Sequence record: PP216085
Origin: Escherichia phage vB_EcoM_HZ_ZJUN4
DNA length: 64,000 nucleotides
Direction: 5' to 3' (one strand)
Under the pieces are notes generated by a model, which saw only the letters and a program-made list of their open reading frames with translations, did not search any database and had not been told where the DNA came from. How positions within the stretch are numbered: the first letter of the stretch is position 1; each line of letters starts with the position of its first letter. Position numbers and translations under genes: made by a program. This document shows positions 57,448 to 64,000 of the stretch, one piece after another.

Positions 57448-58998
57448 TTAGTAATGAACTTTAATAATATAGTTTAATGATATATTCCATGGTCTAGTTT
57501 CATAACCAATTAATCCTTCACGATTAAGTGTACCATGAGCATCTCTCGGTCCACCTAATTCAAATCCATCATTAGTGAAGTATGAAGCATTATCCCAGTC
57601 GGAATATTTTCTAGTTCCAAGATATCCTTGATAAACTGACGCGCCAAATGGGCCTTCACTTCTGTTATATTCACCCCAACCACCAGCATGTTTATGGTAT
57701 GACATTTGTTGTGCCTGAACACCACCAACATGCATTCCGTCACATCCTACACCAAGTCTATCCTTCCCATAGCCATCTTGTCCTCGTTGATTTAAAATAT
57801 GACCGCCCGTGCCAGCTCCTCTGACGAAAAGACCTCGCATATCAGGAATGCCAGGGTTATTCCAATCACCACCAAATCTTGTTCCAACTGTGTTTCTATA
57901 ATCAGGATATTGATCTCCTGACACGGTTCCGCCGTGGCACATAATCCAACCCGGAGGTGCTGAATCACCCGCAAACATCATAATAGTTCCAACTGGAACT
58001 CTTTCGGACGCATATCTTTCAGTGGCAACAGGTTGATCGCCATTTTTCCACATACCGCCGCGTGACCAAATTCCGTTTGCTGTAAGATGGTCTAAATTTA
58101 AAGAACCATTAATAGTTTGTCCACCACGAGTATTAATTACATCTGCGTTCCATGCTAATGCTCCAGAGCTATCACCCTCGGGGGCAATACCGGCTTGCGT
58201 CGTTAATTTTACCACCCCACGCATAGAACCAGTAGCTCCTCGACCATTTAGTGTTTCACCTGTTACTGCAACATCTCCTAAATTACTGTTAATTTCCGAT
58301 TGTGTTCCTAAACGTATAACACCCTTATATTCTTGTGTTGCAACAGAATTCATAAAGGTATACGGAGAAATTGCATATCCTTCGCGGAGAGTTCCTTGAC
58401 GAGTTTGCGCAACGGTAGATAATTGAACTACACCTCTCACAGATTCTGATGCAGTATCTTCGGAAGGAGCTATTTGTGAAATTAATTTTATTGCAAGTTT
58501 TTGCGTTTTTAATGGAGTCATTGCCGTAGTATCATCAACACCAGCTAAAGCTGCAGGTGTTGATGATATTTTAATAACCCCGTTTGATGACTCAGACGAA
58601 TATCTATTTTGGAACACATCGTCAGTATGGTATTTCAGTTTTTGCGGCGTTATTGATGAATTATTATCTGAGCCTTCTAATGTTTCTTCATTTGTTGAAT
58701 AGCGCGTTAAACCATACTTAGTTTCAGTAGCATTTGGATACAATAATCTTGTTGCTAATGTAGCTGGTGTAACGATTTTAGAATTATTAGTTCCATCTAA
58801 AACCTCTTGCTCTGACGCAATCATTGCTATTCCTTTAACTTCCATAGTTGCATCAGGAATACCATTTACACCGATATTACTTATTTTTGATAATGCAGAC
58901 TGCACTGTCGTGACAGTGTCAGGAAAATTCGATCCAGTAGGATCGAATTTAACATATTTTGATTCATTTGATACGTGCTGATATGTATTGTTACTCAT
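57448..58998 (-). CDS. 12: gp12 short tail fibre, 516 aa
   Basis: [26 protein letters not shown]... N-terminus and C-terminal ...[13 protein letters not shown] as in T4 gp12; central region appears more divergent. Confidence 0.93.
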   Translation of the reverse strand: MSNNTYQHVSNESKYVKFDPTGSNFPDTVTTVQSALSKISNIGVNGIPDATMEVKGIAMIASEQEVLDGTNNSKIVTPATLATRLLYPNATETKYGLTRYSTNEETLEGSDNNSSITPQKLKYHTDDVFQNRYSSESSNGVIKISSTPAALAGVDDTTAMTPLKTQKLAIKLISQIAPSEDTASESVRGVVQLSTVAQTRQGTLREGYAISPYTFMNSVATQEYKGVIRLGTQSEINSNLGDVAVTGETLNGRGATGSMRGVVKLTTQAGIAPEGDSSGALAWNADVINTRGGQTINGSLNLDHLTANGIWSRGGMWKNGDQPVATERYASERVPVGTIMMFAGDSAPPGWIMCHGGTVSGDQYPDYRNTVGTRFGGDWNNPGIPDMRGLFVRGAGTGGHILNQRGQDGYGKDRLGVGCDGMHVGGVQAQQMSYHKHAGGWGEYNRSEGPFGASVYQGYLGTRKYSDWDNASYFTNDGFELGGPRDAHGTLNREGLIGYETRPWNISLNYIIKVHY

Positions 58999-59654
58999 GC
59001 TATTCTCTCAAAATAATAAAATACCGTAGGTTGTGTGTGACTATCTAGCGTGACAGTTTGCGCACCTAATAATTGCCAAGTTCCGTATCCAGGTTTAGAA
59101 GGAGAAATTATTTCTTGTTTGAAAGTAATTCCTTTATCAGAGTATTGTTCTAAGATATGTTCTTGGTTATCTAAATACTTAACTTGTATTTTATTTCCTA
59201 TGGTAGGATGGTCTTCAAATGAATCAATTGCAATAAATTTTGCAACCATTTCCTGCAGAGCTGTTCTAACGGCACTGGTAAATTCGATTGAAGTCATTCC
59301 GTTAGTAGCTTTAACAGGAATGCCAAACATATTAACAATAACTGGGTCACCTGGTTTGGCTGAAGTATCATTGACAGTTCCTTCAAATGACCAATAGTCT
59401 GTTTGCTGCACGCCAGTAGGAGATACGCCACTTATATTAACTAATACAGCTCCAACCTGTTGCTCTGCCATATTTCTAACATCATTAATAGCAGATTCTA
59501 CATTTGGGTCATAAAACCCTTTTGCTATTTGTGAAATTGTTACAGCACCTACTGGCTGATTATTCATAACCGAAATATCATTTTTCTTAGTTCTAAAACC
59601 AAGAAAATCTGCTAAGCGGGAAATAACTCCCGCTTTATTATTAAGTAAACTCAT
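58995..59654 (-). CDS. 11: gp11 baseplate wedge/short-fibre attachment protein, 219 aa
   Basis: [21 protein letters not shown]... from ATG at 59654; ORF track extends 6 codons upstream. Confidence 0.92.
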   Translation of the reverse strand: MSLLNNKAGVISRLADFLGFRTKKNDISVMNNQPVGAVTISQIAKGFYDPNVESAINDVRNMAEQQVGAVLVNISGVSPTGVQQTDYWSFEGTVNDTSAKPGDPVIVNMFGIPVKATNGMTSIEFTSAVRTALQEMVAKFIAIDSFEDHPTIGNKIQVKYLDNQEHILEQYSDKGITFKQEIISPSKPGYGTWQLLGAQTVTLDSHTQPTVFYYFERIA

Positions 59655-61459
59655 TATGCAATCCTTATCCAACGGTATACAGTAATAGACGGTTGAATAT
59701 TACTAATATTAGCAGGAGGAGTATGTGAAGAGTTTGTTGTTGCGTAGTCTTCACGATATTTTGTATATATAGGACCAGTTTCATCTGGGTCATATTGGCA
59801 ACCTCCAATAATAACCGATCCATTTTCGTCTTCAATTAAAACTCTTTCGTCGGTTTTAGTTGCAGGAAGATTTGCGTTTTCAAGCGTTACTGATGTTGTT
59901 CCAACTGTTCCACCGGCAGTATGTGAAGGATTTCCGCTAGAATCTAAATCATTATTGTTTAAAGCAAAGTTTGGATCCGTAACATCATCATTCCATCCTA
60001 CTAAAACTTGTCCTTTACCAAATAATTTCCATGAACCAAATCCCATATAAGTCACCGGATTATTTGGATTTATAGCATTTTCATAAATTGAACCTACAGG
60101 ATAAATGCTATCGAAAATAGATGATATTGAATTATACGTTCTAGTATAAGAATCAACTTTTTCAACATTTGGCCAACCGATTTTATCAAAATCTGTTAAG
60201 GCCACATCACCAGTAACTTCAGTAGATGATCCTTTGCTAACATAGCGGTCATCAGTCAATTCAATAATGTCATCTTTTTCTAAAAGAGTTCCTAAATCGT
60301 TATTGAACCATGTTATAACGATAATGTCACCTGATTCAAATTTTCTATCAAATAAAAGACTGGTAGGTTTTCCATCTTCATATTCTATAGAATAATCTGT
60401 GTTTGATTCTTTCCATTCGCCACCAAGAGATATACATCCTTCTTGTGTATCTGAACTAGCGCCTTCACACAAAAACAGAGGATATCCAGCTGTTCCAGCC
60501 TGCTGCTGTAAAATTCCATTAAAACGAACCTCAAGAGAATTAGGATTAATGGGTTCACCAGGAATTAATCCAAATGCAGAAAATGGAATTGATTTCATCG
60601 CCGATAAATCAGTAACATAAATGCTTCCTTCTAAAGAAGTCTTTGATGTTAGTTTTGAATCTAGTACTTTTATTTGGCGTCTTGTATATGAACTTCTCCA
60701 TTGTGATACACCATCCATAAATGTTTCAATTTGAACAGTGTCACCAATATTACAAGGCTGTCTTAATCGAATATTAAATCCATCAAGAGGAACTAATTCG
60801 CCTTCATTTTCGCCCGGAGAGCCAAAGTCACTGTTTTCACTAAATACATCGCCGTAATACAATTCGTTACCACGATGTTTTACTCTGATGTTATTGACAT
60901 TATAACTAGTTCCATTGAAAACATCTAAAAAGTCAGTTTGTCCTTGAACTTCAACTAAAAATTCTTTGCGAGCTACATTACTAATATCTGAACTAACAAT
61001 TTTGTCAATTTGTTTGTTTTTGACATATTCCCAACGTCCTGGAGCGCAATAAACGAGCTCTAAATCACTAAATTGAATATTAATTTCAACTGACGATGAC
61101 GACCCTTTAATTGTATCTCCGGAAGCAGCTACTAAAGTAACTGGATTGATGTTCCACGTTGCAAATACATCCCTGGCTCTAATTACCTTGTTGTAATCAT
61201 TGACAGTTCCTTTAGGAAGTTGTAGAGTTACTCTTCCAGAAGAGGTATTAATAGCGTATGATTTTCCCCATTCTGCCGTTAGTGTTTGTCCAGATGAAGC
61301 ATCATAAGTTTTCCAGGCACCGGCTGAATATGGAACATCTCCATCACCAAGTTCATAATAAAGTTCATCAAAGTTTTCATTTATTTTTATACCACCTTTA
61401 CGCAGGTAGTCACCGGTACCATCATCAACAACATTACCGATATTAATATTTTGTTTCAT
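59654..61459 (-). CDS. 10: gp10 baseplate wedge protein, 601 aa
   Basis: [33 protein letters not shown]...; 601 aa. Confidence 0.95.
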   Translation of the reverse strand: MKQNINIGNVVDDGTGDYLRKGGIKINENFDELYYELGDGDVPYSAGAWKTYDASSGQTLTAEWGKSYAINTSSGRVTLQLPKGTVNDYNKVIRARDVFATWNINPVTLVAASGDTIKGSSSSVEINIQFSDLELVYCAPGRWEYVKNKQIDKIVSSDISNVARKEFLVEVQGQTDFLDVFNGTSYNVNNIRVKHRGNELYYGDVFSENSDFGSPGENEGELVPLDGFNIRLRQPCNIGDTVQIETFMDGVSQWRSSYTRRQIKVLDSKLTSKTSLEGSIYVTDLSAMKSIPFSAFGLIPGEPINPNSLEVRFNGILQQQAGTAGYPLFLCEGASSDTQEGCISLGGEWKESNTDYSIEYEDGKPTSLLFDRKFESGDIIVITWFNNDLGTLLEKDDIIELTDDRYVSKGSSTEVTGDVALTDFDKIGWPNVEKVDSYTRTYNSISSIFDSIYPVGSIYENAINPNNPVTYMGFGSWKLFGKGQVLVGWNDDVTDPNFALNNNDLDSSGNPSHTAGGTVGTTSVTLENANLPATKTDERVLIEDENGSVIIGGCQYDPDETGPIYTKYREDYATTNSSHTPPANISNIQPSITVYRWIRIA

Positions 61460-62325
61460 TATTGAGCCACCCCGATTTTCTGCGTAGCGATAACTTTAAC
61501 TGCTGCTCTCATACCGACAGTTGAAGAACTTATAGTCGCCGTTACATAATTTTCTTTAATACTAAATGCAATATTAGCGATTTCGTCTTCTTCGGTTTCA
61601 TTCCCAACCCGCATGACAGCATATTCAGAAGAAATGACCGTTGAATTAACAGTATCTACAAGAATATTTATTTCTGCCGTTTTAATTTTTCTTCCATCTA
61701 CCGATTGACAAGTAACTAGCAATTTAGCCATATTGTATTCAGTACGATGAAATAATGGAATGTCAACTGATCCAGATGTAGAAATATTCCATGTACCTTC
61801 AGCCGGTGATTCCTTTTGGCCAAACATACTTTCAATAGAATAATTCCAAACTGACGTAGAATTATCAGATGAAATACAACGTAAAGTAACTTTACTATAT
61901 GGACTAGTTACTACCAAATTACCTGAAACACCTTTAATTGAATCAATCGCTTGAATCGTTAAAGGATTGGTAACTGATATAGATCCATTTGAGTTAATAA
62001 ATTCAACGCAATCACCAAGTTCGCCTCTTTCAATGATAACTTTAACACCTACAGCAGAGGTATCAATATCATGTCTAGTACCAACTTTCACCGGAGTTGC
62101 GTACTCTGTGATAGAATGCTTTTGATAATATCCAGTAGCATGGATAATTTGGCCGTCAGCACCAGTACCATTTGCTACTGCCATTTTACGCTGATCGCCA
62201 AACGCGTTATAAATTGCATTAAAATCACTATTAATTTTATTACCACCGTCGAATAAGATATCACCAGTAGAAGCGTTACCAATTTCGCCGGTATCAATCA
62301 ATTTCTTTGGTTCTTGAATGAACAT
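61459..62325 (-). CDS. 9: gp9 baseplate wedge/long-fibre socket protein, 288 aa
   Basis: MFIQEPKKLIDTGEIGNASTGDILFDGGNKINSDF...; 288 aa as in T4. Confidence 0.95.
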   Translation of the reverse strand: MFIQEPKKLIDTGEIGNASTGDILFDGGNKINSDFNAIYNAFGDQRKMAVANGTGADGQIIHATGYYQKHSITEYATPVKVGTRHDIDTSAVGVKVIIERGELGDCVEFINSNGSISVTNPLTIQAIDSIKGVSGNLVVTSPYSKVTLRCISSDNSTSVWNYSIESMFGQKESPAEGTWNISTSGSVDIPLFHRTEYNMAKLLVTCQSVDGRKIKTAEINILVDTVNSTVISSEYAVMRVGNETEEDEIANIAFSIKENYVTATISSSTVGMRAAVKVIATQKIGVAQ

Positions 62326-62349
62326 AGCGGTTTCCTTATGAGTTTATAG

Positions 62350-62357
62350 TATTTATA
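62350..62357 (-). promoter_or_regulatory. late promoter (TATAAATA on - strand) for gene 9
   Basis: + strand TATTTATA 25 nt upstream of gp9 start. Confidence 0.6.
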
Positions 62358-62365
62358 AAGAAAAA

Positions 62366-62383
62366 GGGAGCCCATGGGCTCCC
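62366..62383 (-). terminator. terminator hairpin downstream of gene 8
   Basis: Perfect 18-nt palindrome GGGAGCCCATGGGCTCCC; on the - strand followed by TTTTTCTTT. Confidence 0.6.
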
Positions 62384-62388
62384 TTAAT

Positions 62389-63393
62389 TTAAAATGTAAA
62401 CAGAATATTGATTTCTTCTGTTTGATCCATTGCCATAATAATAGGTGGCCTATTTTCCATATAAATCATTTCGCCCGAATGCCTCATTAAATCTTCCGGA
62501 TCATAGTAATCCTTTTCAGCTTTAACGTTTGGGTCATTTGGATGAACTTTAGCTTCAAGAGGATTCGTGATTATCGATATTTGTCTAAATCCTTTATTTC
62601 CTGGCAATGCAGCTTCAGGAAAATAAACTGAATCTAAGTATGCTTTAAAACGAATAGTATTTGCCTTAACCCGGTAAATTAATCCAAAATCATCTTGCTG
62701 CCAAGTGAGGTTATCTTCATACCCCCATCTAGTCGGGTCTTCTTTTAATTCCTCGGGCCAAGGAACCACGATATATTCATTCGTGCATCTGTTTATAGAT
62801 ACATCAGGCGGAATCTCAAAAAGATATTCCCATACATACCCGTCTCCAGGTTCGATTGTTCCTTCCGCGTCTCCTCGACCTTCAGGAGGAGTCATTGACC
62901 TAACAGAAGGAGTCCATTTTCCACCTAACTTAAGGCATTCATCCTTATTAGTTAAAGACTCAATTGAGCACACTCCTGTATCAGGAACATCTAAACAACG
63001 ATATACTAACCAACCTGCACCTGATTCAGTAGCATTGTAAGGAGCTGAGTTACACACTACAATATCGTTAATTCTAAATGTGTATGGATCCGGATATCTA
63101 GTATCTCCCCAATCTCTACGAGGAATAACTGCATCAAGCATAGATGGAAGAACCTTTACGGTTCCCATCATATGAGTCCACATGTCAGTTACACCTAACA
63201 CAGAATCGGTGGGATAAGGTGGGGCAAATCCCACCTCATTTTCGTTTGATGACCACGGTTCTGATCTTCCAAATGTAATAAAGATAGTGTTTTTATCCGG
63301 ACCACTTCCAATTGAATTATAAAAATTCAACATTTTTTCTGTTCTAAATTTTGAAGTAACTATCGCACGATAGATAACACTTGAATCATTCAT
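62389..63393 (-). CDS. 8: gp8 baseplate wedge protein, 334 aa
   Basis: MNDSSVIYRAIVTSKFRTEKMLNFYNSIGSGPDKNTIFITFGRSEPW...; 334 aa as in T4. Confidence 0.95.
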   Translation of the reverse strand: MNDSSVIYRAIVTSKFRTEKMLNFYNSIGSGPDKNTIFITFGRSEPWSSNENEVGFAPPYPTDSVLGVTDMWTHMMGTVKVLPSMLDAVIPRRDWGDTRYPDPYTFRINDIVVCNSAPYNATESGAGWLVYRCLDVPDTGVCSIESLTNKDECLKLGGKWTPSVRSMTPPEGRGDAEGTIEPGDGYVWEYLFEIPPDVSINRCTNEYIVVPWPEELKEDPTRWGYEDNLTWQQDDFGLIYRVKANTIRFKAYLDSVYFPEAALPGNKGFRQISIITNPLEAKVHPNDPNVKAEKDYYDPEDLMRHSGEMIYMENRPPIIMAMDQTEEINILFTF

Positions 63394-64000
63394 CTATTTT
63401 AACCTGTGTTGGATTTTCAGGGTCTCTTGGATTTCCTATATTATCTTTTAGACGTTTATTAACTAAATCCCTAAATTGCGCAAATGTTGTTCCAGATGCA
63501 TCAAATAGAGGACTCATTAATTTACGTCGTTCAGAAGGCAATTGACCTTGAAATATTGAATTATTATTTTCAGCATTATAGTCATCAGGAAGAGGATATT
63601 CTACACCAGCCATTGGGCCAGGTTCATAAATTGCTTCGCCTGTTACTGAATCATGCTCAATTTCACCGGTTGGAGTCAATTTAGCTACTCTATCAGCGTA
63701 TTCAGTAGGCAATCCAGAATCCCATTTATAGTTTTTGTATTTATTAATTATAGTCTCTGTGTGTTTAAGAGTTAAACCAACATTAATAAACATTGTTAAA
63801 AGGGTAATTGCTATAAATCCAAATCCTACTGGATGAACAAAACGAATAACGTCAGATTTCCAGCGGGAAGAAGGTAAATTGGATTTAATTTTCATTACAT
63901 AATATGATCTACTTCTATTAATATAGTCTATATTATTTTGAAGCAAATCCTTTCCTTTAACCCCGCGAATAATTTCGCCTTCGAAACTAGGGAGTCTTTC
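63386..64000 (-). CDS. 7: gp7 baseplate wedge initiator, C-terminal portion (gene continues beyond window)
   Basis: Reading frame stays open upstream of the ORF-track TTG start at 63946 to the window edge; located upstream of gene 8 as in T4. Confidence 0.8.
   Translation of the reverse strand, partial: ERLPSFEGEIIRGVKGKDLLQNNIDYINRSRSYYVMKIKSNLPSSRWKSDVIRFVHPVGFGFIAITLLTMFINVGLTLKHTETIINKYKNYKWDSGLPTEYADRVAKLTPTGEIEHDSVTGEAIYEPGPMAGVEYPLPDDYNAENNNSIFQGQLPSERRKLMSPLFDASGTTFAQFRDLVNKRLKDNIGNPRDPENPTQVKIDE

Overview
This window reads as a contiguous 64 kb segment of a T4-like (T-even, Tequatrovirus-type) coliphage genome, in reverse orientation to the conventional T4 map. The + strand (28-27803, plus islands at 34128-36052 and 37926-41333) carries early/middle replication, nucleotide-metabolism and accessory genes: rnh, dsbA, 33, 59, a GIY-YIG segG-like ORF, 32, frd, td, nrdA, nrdB, denA, rnlA, alc, a spanin pair, pseT, cd, 31, rIII, a run of small ORFs, DNA ligase and alt. 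The - strand carries late morphogenesis genes 54-48-29-28-27-51, uvsW, 24, 23-22-21-68-67-20, 19-18-17-16-15-14-13, wac, 12-11-10-9-8 and the 3' part of 7. Identifications rest on translated ORFs matching T4 proteins from memory (length and N-terminal sequence); no database search was run. AT-rich early promoters (GTTTACA -35, TGnTATAAT -10), late promoters (TATAAATA) and GC-rich tetraloop hairpins are visible throughout. No tRNA, rRNA, CRISPR array or transposon was found. The main departures from T4 as I remember it are: two full-length Alt ADP-ribosyltransferase paralogs in tandem; an extra ORF between frd and td; td and nrdB uninterrupted by introns; no mobE or segD-sized ORF; a frameshifted small gene at 19382-19656; and a NADAR-domain ORF upstream of ligase.
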